Positions 12,901 to 25,500 of a stretch of 64,000 nucleotides of DNA are shown piece after piece. A program made the translations under genes and the position numbers. Every line of letters starts with the position of its first letter. Positions within the stretch are counted from its first letter, which is position 1. Where the stretch lies: positions 55,738,001 to 55,802,000 of the forward strand of contig NC_043002.1 in NCBI RefSeq assembly GCF_006345805.1, in the 5' to 3' direction. The notes beneath the pieces were generated by a model. The model was not told the DNA's origin. It was given only the letters and a program-made list of their open reading frames with translations, and made no database searches. Origin of the DNA: Octopus sinensis (lineage: Eukaryota).

Positions 12901-13307
12901 TCTAATGACTGAAACAAATAAAAGAGAAAAGAAAAGAAAAGAGATATACACACACAACATTCTTCCAAGGTGCCATGCTGTGGGACTGAACCTCAAAACG
13001 ACATGGTTGCAAAGGGAGCAAAATTAGATTATATGGCAAGTATGGGGTTTGAACCCTTGACATTCCCATTATTAGCACAATGTTCTAACCCACTAAACTA
13101 ACTGCTCAACTTTCAAATAAAAAAAATGAAAATGAAATATCTTCAAAAGAATTCATATTTCCTCCCATCTTTAATTTAGTTTGATTCTGCCTTCTTCAGA
13201 TCCAGAGACAACAAGAATCTAATTGCCAACCCCATAGAATTAAAGTCCTACACTGTGTGCCTGTTGATCTGCAAGAACTGGTCACTTATTACCAACACAA
13301 GAAATAA
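682..13307 (+). CDS. MEIOB: Meiosis-specific OB-fold protein MEIOB, 5'-partial (last 7 coding exons)
   Basis: join(682..734,3206..3301,5033..5122,7859..8006,10430..10619,11760..11846,13200..13307); all GT-AG, phases consistent, 257 codons incl. stop. Peptide ..WDDQLINNALSW..LFINDVKVVFDEYKNYMVSTASSKTIITINPEIEEA..SITDVYTV..CPDC-x10-C-x4-C..ELKWKVLFERFKIYFK matches recalled vertebrate MEIOB motifs (WDNESI..W, SKTIITTNPDIPEA, IVDVYTV, Zn ribbon, LKWQFLLERSKIY). Confidence 0.92.
759..962. mobile_element. piggyBac-like MITE
   Basis: TTAA-CCCTTTAGCATT..AATGCTAAAGGG-TTAT; second copy at 34094..34314. Confidence 0.8.
3206..3301 (+). CDS. MEIOB: MEIOB exon (LFINDVKVVFDEYKNYMVSTASSKTIITINP)
   Basis: ttctgttgtag acceptor, gtgtgt donor; 96 nt, phase 1 to 1. 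Confidence 0.92.
3487..3995 (+). mobile_element. tRNA-derived SINE with CORE-like segment and internal microsatellite (tail type A)
   Basis: Head ..GTGGTAAGAAGCTTGCTTACCAACCACATGGTTCC, GGCAC(C/A)TTGGG(C/T)AAGTG, (TA/CA)n, tail ..CAGCATGGCCACAG..ACTGAAACAAGTAAAAGA; further copies at 15540 (-), 22148 (-), 27145, 27555, 55505 (-), 58306, 59880. Confidence 0.85.
4121..4637. mobile_element. Inverted-repeat element (arms about 90 bp) in TA-rich context, MEIOB intron
   Basis: tataaaatatgaattagagataaaaccac.. and its near-perfect reverse complement ending at 4637. Confidence 0.8.
4725..4960. repeat. Compound (GT)/(GCAT)/(GTAT) microsatellite
   Basis: Direct reading; source of several false ORFs. Dozens of similar TA/CA/TATG/ATC tracts occur throughout. 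Confidence 0.95.
5033..5122 (+). CDS. MEIOB: MEIOB exon (EIEEAQHLYVYAENHQDIEEIEDDVNNIPD)
   Basis: ctccaccag acceptor, gtaaga donor; 90 nt, phase 1 to 1. Confidence 0.9.
5657..6422. mobile_element. Older foldback element whose left arm is interrupted by a SINE
   Basis: Arms 5657..6061 (minus the SINE) and 6244..6422 are diverged reverse complements. Confidence 0.75.
5709..5923 (-). mobile_element. tRNA-derived SINE (GGTGAGCTGGCAGAA..TTCTGAGTTCAAATTC family) with 16-bp TSD
   Basis: TSD atatacaaaaaatatt at 5693..5708 and 5924..5939; other copies at about 2131, 11130, 11315, 17935, 18115, 23135 (-), 32515. Confidence 0.85.
7859..8006 (+). CDS. MEIOB: MEIOB exon (PSSITDVYTVKEINDLLKVPSGQDIFGYSYSFISWFNVDATNKNYIQFY)
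   Basis: catttcag acceptor, weak gtagaa donor; 148 nt, phase 1 to 2. Confidence 0.88.
8864..9152. mobile_element. hAT-type MITE
   Basis: Termini cagtggttcccaaac / ttcggaaccattg; degenerate 8-bp TSD atttaacc / atttaata. Confidence 0.7.
10430..10619 (+). CDS. MEIOB: MEIOB exon with C4 zinc ribbon (CPDC..CLNSNC..SDCTDT)
   Basis: ttatttcag acceptor, gtcagt donor; 190 nt, phase 2 to 0. Confidence 0.9.
11555..11648 (-). mobile_element. tRNA head + (AAT)n of the same repeat, truncated
   Basis: Closely matches the reverse complement of 39490..39597. Confidence 0.65.
11760..11846 (+). CDS. MEIOB: MEIOB exon (AAQFVQLSENRKTELKWKVLFERFKIYFK)
   Basis: cccttgtag acceptor, gtagat donor; 87 nt, phase 0. 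Confidence 0.92.
12481..12686. mobile_element. Palindromic foldback (arms about 100 bp, 3-nt loop) inside the (TA)n tract of a SINE
   Basis: Centre aaaaacctgttg-gga-caacaggttttt; termini atattaaaaatggggaaggc / gccttccccatttttaatat. Confidence 0.85.
13200..13307 (+). CDS. MEIOB: MEIOB last coding exon (IQRQQESNCQPHRIKVLHCVPVDLQELVTYYQHKK*)
   Basis: ccttcttcag acceptor; 108 nt ending in TAA at 13305..13307. Confidence 0.85.
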   Translation: MQRQQESNCQPHRIKVLHCVPVDLQELVTYYQHKK

Positions 13308-13410
13308 TATTAAAAATTAATGCTTGATCCCTTTCTGCTGCTGTCTTATTTATAACTGGTAAATATAATATTGTTATTTTTATCTCATAATAATTCTTTT
13401 CAAAGAAGTC

Positions 13411-13416
13411 AATAAA
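13411..13416 (+). terminator. Candidate MEIOB polyadenylation signal
   Basis: AATAAA about 100 nt after the stop, just before SINE sequence. Confidence 0.55.
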
Positions 13417-14397
13417 TCGTTCACATTACCATTCTTGCATCTTTTATTCTTTATTTGTTTCGGTCATTAGACTGGGGCCATGCTGGAGCACCACCTTGAA
13501 GAGTTTTTAGTTGAAGGAATCAACCCCAGTACTATTTTTTCTTTTAAGCCTGGTACTTATTCTATTGCTCTCTTTTGCTAAACCACTAAGTCATGGGTAC
13601 ACAAACATAGCAACGCTTGTTGTCTTGCAGTGGTGGGGGACAAACACAGACACAAAGACATGCGCGTTCTCACACACACACATATACAAAGCATCCAATC
13701 CACACTGTAAAGTGGTTGGTGTTCAGAAGGGCATCCAGCTGTAAAAATCCTGCCAAAACAGTCACAGACGTCTGGTGCAAGCTTGTGCCTGGCCAGCACC
13801 TGTCAAACCATCCCACCCATGCCAGCATAGAAGGCAGACATTAAATGATAATGATGATGATGATACAACAGGCTTCTTTCAGTTTCTTTCTACCAAATCC
13901 ACTCACAAGTCTTTGGTCAGCCCAAGATTTTATAGTAGAAGACACTTGACCAAGGTGCCACACAGTGGGACTGAATCCAGAACCATGTGGTTGGGAAGTA
14001 AACTTTGCAAGCACACAGCCATGCCTGTACCCTGTTCATCATATATTATTTTAATATGCTTATATACTGACATGTAACAATATTGCAGAGTACAATGCAA
14101 GCTCACTGCTGTCATGATAAACTGTGGCTTAAGCAAATAGATGGAGAGACAATGTAGAGTGAGGAAGACTCTTGATTCTTGTCTTGTCAATAACTTGGCA
14201 CACTGTGTATTGTGCTGGTGTCTCAATACACCTGGTAGGCTCTATAGCAGTGGTTAGTGACAGGAAGAGCATCCAGCTGAAAATAAAAAGTACAGACGAG
14301 ATATGGTCTCTGAACTAGGCAAGCAGTAGCATTGAGTAAGAACTGACTGAAACTGCAACAAACCATCCAACCCATGTCTACATAGAAAGTGGACGTC

Positions 14398-14795
14398 CCA
14401 CATTATATGCACCTGTGCTGGTGACACATAAAAAGAACCCATGCTGATCCCACATTATATGCACCTGTGCTGGTGCCACATAGAAAGTACCTATGCTGGT
14501 GCTACATTATATGCACCTGTGTTGGTGTCACATAGAAAGCACCAGTGCTGGTGCCATGTGATATGCATCTGTGCTGGTGTCACACAGAAAGCACCCATGC
14601 TGGTCCCACATTATATGCACCTGTGCTGGTGCCACAGAGAAAACATCCATACTGGTACCATATTATATACACCTGTACTGGCGCCACATTATATGCACCT
14701 GTGCTCATGCCATGCAGAAAGCACCAGTGCTGGCCCCAAATAGAAAGCACCCATGCTGGTGCCACATTATAATCATCAGTGTTGGTGCCACATAA
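14398..14795 (+). repeat. Minisatellite, unit about 52 bp (two related 26-bp halves), about 7 copies
   Basis: ccacattatatgcacctgtgctggtg-(a/c)cacatagaaagcacccatgctggtgc repeated, running into an RTE-type tail. Confidence 0.9.
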
Positions 14796-17342
14796 AAGGC
14801 ACTCATTACAACGTGTAGAGTCACTGGCATTAGGAATGCCATCCAGCCATAGAAACTATATCAAAACAGACTGGAGCCAGTTGAAGCTCTCCAGCTCACC
14901 AGCACCTCTCAAACCTTCCAACCCATGCCAGCAGGAAAAATGGATGTTAAATGATGACGATGAAGCAGGTCAATAGAATCATGTAAGATGAAGGTGAGAA
15001 ACTAGAAATAATAAAACAATTGAACAAGTGGTGATGTGAAGAACTGTGTTACAGAAAATAAGTTTTAATGATGGCTTATAAAGGACTTTCTAGTTAAACC
15101 TTGTCATTCAGTGGATTGAGCTATTGTCTTGACATATGAAACAGCATTAAATTAAAATAGTTATTTGTGCATCATATCTAATGTATATAAACCATTTGAA
15201 AAGCATGATGCTATGAATTTTGTCTGAAAGAAAATCTTTTTAACTACATTGTGTTAAAAGCATAATATATATGAGAGCAAGACGAAATATCATCTCAGCA
15301 ATGACTCCTGAGAATGACAGACATGTTTCAGCCTTTATGAGCCATGTCCATGATGTATACCCAGTTACCACATACCTAGACAAAACTGTCCCCTTTGATA
15401 CATAGAGAACAGTGAATAATACATTCACTAATATTGCAGAAAGCTTGCAGAGCCATAGTAAACTTGGTGTGCATTTGAAAAGTGCCTGATATTCTTATGA
15501 GTCACTTGCAACAATATTCACCTTACTTTAATATATCCTTTACTTGTTTCAGGCATTACACTGTGATCATGCTGAGGCACTCCCTTGAAGAATTTTTAGC
15601 CAAATAAATTGACCCAAGTACATTTTTTTTAAACCTGCTACTTATTCTATCGGTCTCTCTTGCCAAACCGCTCAGTTACAGTGACATAAACACACCAACA
15701 CCAATTATCACGATAGGGGTGGGAGCAATATATACCTATATATGTATACACACATCTGACAGGCTTCTTTCACTTTCTGTCAAACAAATCCTCTCAAAGA
15801 TTTGGTCAGCCTTCAGGCTATAGCAGAAAACAGTGAGACTGACCTGGAACCATGTGGCTAGGAAGCAAGCTTCTTACCACACAGCCACACCTGTACCTAT
15901 ATATATTGTTTTTGTAATACAAGTCTATGAAGAGATTTTCTCCTTGACAAAGTTACATCATGCTTTTCAGTATGTACATATATTAGGTATGGTACACAGA
16001 TAGCGATTCTGTATTTAATTAAAACAGGAGGAACAGGTTTATATTTTATATCCTTGTATCGGATATAAAACAAAGCAGGGGAGAAGTATATATACAATGC
16101 ACTACTATTACTATTACACAAGATTCAACATTCTGTAGCAAAGGCTCACAGTAACCAGCTACCAACACAAATTGTTAACGACCCAAAAGTTGTCTATTTA
16201 ATAGAAATGTCTTAGTCCACTTTTAGTCACATGTGGAAGGTCAGAATCCTTCCACGATATAAAAGAAATTATACTAAGTTAATAATTAATACTAATATTT
16301 CACACCTTTGAAGATAGAAAACAGATGAGTTAGTGACAGGACAGGCATCCAGCAGTAAACACCACCTCAATAATATAATCATCTAACCCATGCTACCATG
16401 GAAGAATGGATGTAAAAACTGACTAGAAAAGGAGTTTGTTGATGCAATTGTCTTTGAGCAATACAAGCTAGTCATCATTCTAGTTCATTTATCAATAGGC
16501 ACCATGGTTAAGTACAGCCGAACACTTGAAGCACTACTGAGTTCAACTCACCATATACACCAGAACCGTAACAGAAAGTGCTCCTCCCACACACCAATTT
16601 CAATAAATTCACTGCAACCATGCCAATAAATGAAAACTCATAGAACCCAGCAGTTGTTTTTGTTTTAGCAATTTCTGGTCTTAGATAAATTATATTTTAA
16701 TTAATTGAAACCAATGAAGTTTATTTAATAGAGAATAAGATACAACTCTCTAATGCCAGTGTTACAAATAACTGCACCCTGTATGCTGTGTGAAGTGGTT
16801 GGTGTTAGGAAGGGCATCCTGGTTGGTGTTAGGAAGGGCATCCAACTGTAAAAACCCTGCCAAATGAAAACATATGAGAATTGTAGCCAGGGGCCACACC
16901 TTGAAGGGAAGGTCTCCATGTAAAAACTGACTCCAACTGTGATGACCTGTTCAACCCATCCCTACCAGCATAGAAAGTGGAAGTAAAATAACAATGAAGA
17001 TGATAATCATTTTTGTAATGATTTTATTTAATAATTTAAATAATATTTCTCCATAGCCAGATATGTTTTCACAGAATATTGGAAACAAATCTAACAAGAT
17101 CATTCATTTGCAATATTCTATGGGAAAATGTCTGGTCAAGGGGGAAATATTACCGTATTTGGAAACAGGTAAAGGCTAATAACAAGGGAAGGGCATCTGA
17201 CTGCAGAAAATCTGCCTTAATAAATTTTGTCCTATGCAAGCATGGGAAAGTGAGCATAAAAACAATGATGACGATGATGAAAAATCTATAAATATTTTTT
17301 CAGCAAATAATCATGAAAACAGTCAATATTATAATATAAAGC

Positions 17343-17348
17343 TTTATT
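17343..17348 (-). terminator. Candidate NUP85 polyadenylation signal
   Basis: AATAAA on the - strand about 90 nt after the stop. Confidence 0.5.
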
Positions 17349-17438
17349 TTGCAACATGATTAAATGGATAAACAGTTTGACGATAATTTACAATGTAATG
17401 GCTTTGAATAAGAATTTTCCAAATGTTTTGTTTTACAG

Positions 17439-17543
17439 TTAGGATAGTTTAACACTACCCTCAAGAATAATGGATCGGTCTAAATTCCGAATGAGAGCAA
17501 AACGGACGTTGTAAAGTTTGGTCTTCTCAACTTCCAGCATTTT
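17439..17543 (-). CDS. NUP85: NUP85 exon 22, last coding (..[21 protein letters not shown])
   Basis: ttgtag acceptor; TAA at 17441..17439; 105 nt. Confidence 0.95.
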   Translation of the reverse strand, partial: KMLEVEKTKLYNVRFALIRNLDRSIILEGSVKLS

Positions 17544-20500
17544 CTACAAAATTAGAGAGAAAAAAAAGCAATTACTAATATGTGTGCGTGCATGCACGTG
17601 TGTGTGTGTGTGTAAAGGTGAATATAATTATGTCAATACACTAAAGAGTTGCTTAAATAAAATCACTGGAGCTCAATGCAATCCTTGGACCCATTGGATC
17701 CAGTCAAAGCATCCCACCCATACCAGTATGGAACATGGACATTAACTGATGTTGTTGGGACTCTACATACTTCAAAACTTTTATGCTTCCTGAAATTTGC
17801 CAACAGTACACCTGATGCCCCCACCATCTTTTTTAAAATGATTCATTCTCTGTGCCCTGTTTTATGTACTGCGCATCCCCTCTTGGCTACTTTCCCTGAT
17901 GAGTTTTAGTGCACCTGAGCACTATATACAATAAGTTCATCTGCCGTTACATTCTGAGTTCAAATTCCACCGAGGTCGACTTTGCCTTTCATCCTTTCGG
18001 GGTGGATAAATTAAGTACCAGTTACGCACTGGGGTCAATGTAATCGACTTAATCCGTTTGTCCTTGTTTGTCCCCTGTGTTTAGACCCTTGTGGGTAGTA
18101 AAGAAATAGGTATTTCATCTATCTTTACATTCTGAGCTCAAATTCTGCCAAGGTCATCGACTTTGCCTCTCATCCTTTCGGGGTTGATAAATTAAGTACC
18201 AGTTGCGTACTAGAGTCGATCTAATTGACTGGCCCTCTCCCCAAAAATTTCAGGCCTTGTGCCTAGAGAAGAAAAGATTAATTAGCTTCACATAACAGTA
18301 GTAGAGGAAACTAGATATGATGTGAACATATACACACACACACATACGCACAATATAGAAACATAAGTCCCTTGGCATACCTTTTGATTGTCGTCTCCAA
18401 TAAGACTGATTTCTTTCGTTAATTCCTCAACACAATGCATCAGTTCATAGGTTTGCTGACTGTTGATAAGCATCTAGAAACAATACGAACAACATACATT
18501 ATCAATATGGTCGCTTTTATATATAAATATATACACACACACACACTTGTTTCTGTCATTAGACTACAGCCATGCTAAGGCACTGCTTTAGCCAAACAAA
18601 TTGACCTCAGTACCTATCTTTTACGTTTGGTAGCTATTCTTTCAGTCTCTTTTGCTGGACCACTAAGTTATGGAGATGTAAACGAACCAACACCAGTTGT
18701 GAAGCAATGGTGGAGCCAAACACATACATGAAAACACATACACACACACATATATATATATAATGGGTTTCCAAACAGTAAAAATCACATCATAAGCTTA
18801 CTTAGTTTTGACTTACTGAGGGTTAAACAACAACAGTATTTGAGACCCAGATCAACCTGCCTGACACTGTCCTTCATTCAATGAAACAAACTTTTCATTT
18901 CAAAGTGATCTAAATTAGAATCGTCCATCAAAATTTTGTGCTAATTTATGTTCCAGGCATCAGCTTCATAGCGGCAAAGTTATTTTATTAAATTCTTTAT
19001 TATTTTCAATAATAAAGAATTTAATTATTATCTTCACAATTGATTGATTACACTGACATTGACCATGACTAAAGTCTCACTTGGCTTGACAAGTCAACAT
19101 TAGCATGGTATATCACCAAGGGTCATGGTCGCCTGTTACTGCCTCCATGAGACCCAATGCTCAAAATGGTGCTTTTTATGTGCCACCAGCACAAGTGCCA
19201 GTCAGATGGCACCAGTATCGGCCACAACTCCAATTTCACTCAGTTCAACAGTGGTTTTGTAATAAGAAATCTACTTCCCAACCACATGGTTCCGGGTTCA
19301 GTTCCACTGCATGGCACCTTGGGCAAATGTCATGTTATAGCCTTAAGCTGACCAAAGTGTATGAGTGGATTTAGTAGCTGGAAACTAAAAGAAACAACTA
19401 AAAATTCTTGGAAGTGATGCCCCAGCATGGCCGCAGTCTAATAACTGAAACAAGTAAAAGATAACATTAACACAATATTTCATACAGAGAGATGCCTGGT
19501 GCAGCCATCTGGTTCGCCAGTCTTCAGTCAAATCATCTAACCCACGCTAGCATGGAAAGCAGACGTTAAATATTGATGATGATGATGAGAGATGTTTGTG
19601 ACTTCAATACGTTGTGCTTGTGAAGACCTGTTGAACTGAATGAAATTGGTGTTGTGGCTGATACTGATGGCGTCTGACTGGCACCTGTCCTGGTGGCATG
19701 TAAAAAGCACCATTTGAGCATTGGGCCTCATAGAGACAGTGAAAGGTGACCAAGGCCCTTAGTGATGCACCTTACTCATGTTGACCTGTCAAGCCAAGTG
19801 AGACCGCAGTCATGGCCAATGCCAGTGTCAGGTCAATGGCACCCCTGCCGGTGGCATGTAAAAGGCACCCACCATAGTCTTGTACTGGTTGGCATTAAGA
19901 AGGGTTGGAACCAGGTACCACTCCAGGCTTACCAGTTTCCAGTCAAACCATCCAACCCATGCCAGCATGGAAAGAGGACATTAAACAATGATGATGACAA
20001 CAACAACAACAACAACAAGAGTATTAAGGAATCCTTCTTACTTCCTGAGATTCTAAGAGTGGTAAAGCATCACAGAGGAGAGTGATCCAGAAACTGAAAA
20101 ATACAAAATATTTCACATTTTACACAAAATGTCTCCTTCAAATGACACACAAAACAATACAACCCACTGAATATTACAATTAGGGGAGTTAGGGTCCAGT
20201 CACATACTGGAGAAAGGGGGAGTCAATATCTCCCTTCGATCACAAATGACCCTGGGATTGCACCTACAAAGTTACCCTTCAAGGCACAAGTCTGGGGTAG
20301 GTTGTATATGGAAGACCAGCAGTTGCCCATGCATACCAGCCTCCCCCTCTCCACGCCACCGATGTTATTCAAGGGAAGGCAAAGGGGCCGATACAGCTTG
20401 GCATCAGTGACATCACAACTCATTTCTACCGCTGAGTGAACTGAAGCAATGTGAAATAGTGTCTTGCTCAAGAACACAACGCACAGCCCGGTCCATGAAT

Positions 20501-22320
20501 CGAACTCACAACCTCACGATCGTAAGCTCGACACTCTAACCACTGAGCCATGCACCTTCACATCTCCCAAGCATACAACTTTGATAACCAACAACTTTGA
20601 TAACCACAGGCATGACTGTGTGGTTAAGTTGGCTTCCCAACTACATGGTTTCAGTCTGAATGTGTGAAACTTTGAGCAAGCATCTTCTACTATAGCCTTA
20701 GGCCAATCACACACACAAACTCTCACACACATATATCATTGCTATTATGTTAAACTGTCTTATGTTCAAATTTGGCCAATTGCGTTTGTTTTCAATATTT
20801 AATTTTGCTTGCAATAGCCGGTTCTTTTGGTCAAACTATCATATCTCCAGCTGCTTCAGACGCCAACATATGAAAATTGTCAAAGTGTAGTAGTACAACA
20901 GTTAAGCATTTTTCAAAAGTCCCACATACAACAGTTTTACAAAAATATTTCTGACTGAAAATATCATACATGCTTGGAATTATGATTTTATGCACCCAAC
21001 AAAGTATTATCATTAAACTGAAATTGTTGCTAATGTAAAAAGAAATGGAATGGTGAAACTATTTTTTCATTTTCTGAAAAAATATTTAAAAATGAAAAAA
21101 TGGAACTAGCTCAATTTAGCACCATGATATCTAGGGGTAGATGGAACATATATTTCTTTTACATTTTAATTTAAGTTTATTATATTAATTCTAATTATAT
21201 TAATTTATAAATTAATTCATGCATATATATTTTTTGCATTTTATTTTTTTTCCATATATTTTCTCATATCTTTTCATATCTTCATTCATATTTTTTGTTT
21301 AACATTCACCTGAATTTTTGTCATTCGTGTTAGTTTCCATTCGTTTCTTATTCATCCCCTTCATTTGGATATATATATCTTCTTTATTTTTTCATTCTAA
21401 TAATTTTTTATTTTCTTCTCATTAGTATATGTATTTTTTCTGCATTCGTATATATTTTCTCATTTGTATATATATTTCATTTGCATATATTTTTTTAGGC
21501 GTAATTCACATTTAATTCTTGAATTAATTATGGCTTAAACTGCAGGGTTCAATGAATTTACACATCTATATGTTTTGGCATACCAGAAATTTATTTATAC
21601 ATCTGTATAGTTTGATATACCTGTAAGTTGAAATATATAATGATAGATAAAATTATAAATGGAGGATAGGTGGACTTGAATATTGGGGTTGTATATAAAG
21701 GGAGGTTCTGTAAGAGACTGGGTGTCTCAAGAACATAGTACACGACCTCATGAATCACAACTTTGAACATGAATAGTAAGTATTAAATATAATATTCTAT
21801 AACATGGTTGAATTTATATTCTGATAGGATGATTTTATGGGGATTTCTGTCTCTAATGATACTTTGATATATATGTATATATATATATATATGACACGTA
21901 AAAGCACCAACTGATCGTGGCCGTTTTGTCAGCCTCCTCTGGCCCCTGTGCCGGTGGCACGTAAAAAGCACCTACTACACTCACGGAGTGGTTGGCATTA
22001 GGAAGGGCATGCAGCTGTAGAAACACTGCTAGATCAGACTGGAGCCTGGTGCAGCCTCCTGGCTTCCCAGACCCTGGTCGTACCGTCCAACCCATGCTAG
22101 CATGGAAAACGGACGTTAAATGATGATGATGATGCTTGTTTTTTTTTACTCTTTTTAGTTGTTTCAGTCATTTGACTGTGGCCATGCTAGAGCACCGCCT
22201 TTAGTCAAGCAAATCGACCCCAGGACTTATTCTTTGTAAGCCTATTTCTTATTCTATCATTCTCTTTTGCCAAACCACTAAGTTACGGTTGTCAAGCGAT
22301 TTTGGGGAGAACAAACACAA

Positions 22321-22369
<49 letters not shown>

Positions 22370-22530
22370 TATGACAGGCTTCTTTCAGTTTCCATCTACC
22401 AAATCCACTCACAAGGCTTTGGTCGGCCCGAGGCTATAGTAGAAGACACTTGCCCAAGCTGCCACAGTGGGAATAAACCCAGAACCATGTGGTTGGTAAG
22501 CAAGCTACTTACCACACAGCCACTCCTGTG

Positions 22531-22574
<44 letters not shown>

Positions 22575-25500
22575 CCACACTTTTGCATAATCGCAACGAT
22601 ATACAGACAGACAATACAAAACTTTTAACATCACTTACACCTTTGGAGCCAGCCTTGCACTGATCAATGATACCAAGAGATTAGCAGCTTCCTGGATTTC
22701 TCCTTCCTCGTAGAGTTTATGAAATTCACGGTACTGACCTGATGTTGAAATAAGACACAATAATCAACATGCAATATAAACAGACGATTCAATAAATGTT
22801 TCTGCCTGAGCTGTTGCTCATTATGTTACTATAATGAAATGCTAGTCTCACAGTGATAATGATCAAACTGGTAAATAACTGATTTATATGTAGCTGGAGT
22901 AGGTCATGCAAGAGTTCAATATTTGGGCCCTCCTAACCAAAGAACAATGCCAGTGGAAAGTACAAACAATTGAATATTTCAGTAGGTGGACCAACACCAT
23001 CAGCTCAAGGAACTTCTCATTTTGGTTCCAGGAGGTTCAAACTTTGATGGCATTTGAAACATCCTTTTTACTGTAAAAAAAGAAAATCACCCAGAGTCCT
23101 ACATGTGAAGTTGGGCCTTTGTTGGCTTCAAATTTTTGGCACAAGGCCAGCAATTTCAGGGGAGCGGGCTAAGTCGATTACATTGACCCTAGTACTTAAT
23201 TGATACTTATTTTATCACCCCCAAAAGGGATGAAAGGTAAAATCAACCTCAGTGGAATTTGAACTCGGATTCTGATGGATAAAATGCCACAAAGCATTTT
23301 GTCTGGTGTGCAAACAAGTCTGCCAGTTCACCACCTTAATTTGGGTCTATATTATGTTTTAATACACTACAATCTGTATTTCTTGAATATGTGCTGTTAA
23401 AATTGGAATGCATCTAATACGCCAGAGCACCTTTTATGCCATCAAATATGGTAAATGCTAATTTATGCTTTAACATCACATTTTATACACAATTTCCGTC
23501 ACATCCCTTTAACTTTTCTAATTTGTTTTGCTTTTTTGGGAAGTGGAGAAATGGAAGGTTTAATCCTTCTGCCTGGCACTTGAAGACAGAAACATCTCCA
23601 GACTGTCCTTACAGTATCATCACCTTCTATACTCTTCAATTAAATAGCCAATAGTTCCTGTAGTGTCCTATGGATTTTCCCCAGTTAGTTAGTCGAATAT
23701 ATCTCCTTCATTAATATAATGCAGGTAGTCCTTCAATAATCTATACTGCATTGTCTAAGCGAGAACTTCAACAGATCACAGCAGACATACCCCTTAAAAA
23801 AACCAGCTCCAACTCCCTATATTTCATTAAAAAATTAATTTCCTATGTTGACAACAAAAGTTAAAAACAAAGCCAAAAGCCAGTTTGTGTGTTGTCCCCA
23901 TCTGTTTTCCCTTTTTTCCTATAAGCATAAACCTGTTGACTCAAGCAGGGAATCCCTCCGCCAATCTGGGTTATCTGATCGAGCAATCCAGCATGGACAT
24001 CATCATTGTTTTAGTATCAGCTTTTCCCTGCTTGCATGAGGTGTAGACAGAATTTGTTGAGCCAACTATTCAATGGCCAAATGTCCTTCCCGTTTCCAAC
24101 CTTCACCTTTTGCTAAGCAAGCTAATATTTCCCATAGCTGGACATGTTTCTCACAGAAGACTGGAGACAAACAATCTCGCTTGTATGATGACAATGCTTG
24201 TGATGTGTAGACAAAAACACACACACACCAATAAACAATTGGCTTTTTTTTTAATTCCTATCAAATCCATTCACAAAGCTTTGGGCAACAGGGATTATAA
24301 TAGAAGACACTTGCCCAATGTGCCATGCAAGGAGACTAAACCCAAGACTACATCTTTGTGATGCTAGCTTCTCAACCACATGGCTACATCTGCACCTATA
24401 GCCACACCAATATATAAACAGCCAACAGGCTTCAGTATTTATGTCTTCCTACCAAATTTCACCCTCAAAGCATTCATCAACCAAATGTATGGTAGAGTAC
24501 ACATACACAAGGCACCATATAGACGGATTGAACATGGAACCGTGTAGTTGCAAGGCTAACTTCTTAACCACCCAGCCATAATTGTGGCCATTACCTTAGG
24601 TTAATGTGGAATGTTATCTATAGAAAAATTTCTCTTGAGGAAGATCTGTCTCTCCCACTTCACTCGAAAACCTGATCTAAGCCTCATATTACAGGGGTAA
24701 GCTCAAAACCCTGGAAACATCCAGCATATATTTATTAGAAACCAACTCATGCCAACATAGAAAGTGGACATTAAATGAAGAGTGATCTTCTTTGGCCTTT
24801 TCATCATTGGTCAAGAGTATTTCAGAGACAGTGACTTCTTCATTCCCCACATCTGACTTCTTCACTTAACATCATCCCAAACAGAACATTTCATGGACAA
24901 TAAGTCCCATGTGTGCTTGACATGAGTTTTGACAATACCAGCAGTAAAGCAATGCTAAGGCAGAAGTGTCTGCCACAGATGTGTACTTACATTTTTGTTT
25001 TGCATCCTCAGAATGTTGAATGCAAGAACCTTCATAAGCTTTGGCTCCTCTGTACACAGTTGATCTCCACCTGCTGCGGTCCCTTACTGACTGTTCCCAT
25101 TTTGCTTCATCAATGGAGAACTCTTTCAGAGTAGGTCATGCTCCTCTTTCCATCTGTTAGTTCTCTACGCAACACTTATTTGGGGATTCTGGAGTCATCT
25201 GGATCTAAGTATGGAGTTGGGTGATGGGATTTGTGCTCTTCAGAACACTTCCATGCTAAGGACTTTGTTTCACTCCTCAACAACAACACTTGTGGAAGCC
25301 ATTAAGTTTCCTTTTCTAACTTGAATATGTTGTCCAGGCTTTATTTCCATAAAGAAGAGTTCTGGAGTCACATAAAAAGCACCTTTTCACATGGTTAATG
25401 CCATGTAAAAAGAACCCAGGACACTCACACAATGGAGCCAGGTGCAGCTCTCTGGTTTACCAGCTCCTGTCAAACCATGCTAGTGTAGCAAGTCATAAAA

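Noticed and set aside
14398-14795. Repeat-spacer-like array (CRISPR?)
   Set aside because: The apparent spacers are themselves repeated, the context is eukaryotic and there are no cas genes.
15290-15530. Possible mariner transposase remnant
   Set aside because: Only vague motif resemblance; no TIR or catalytic motif found.
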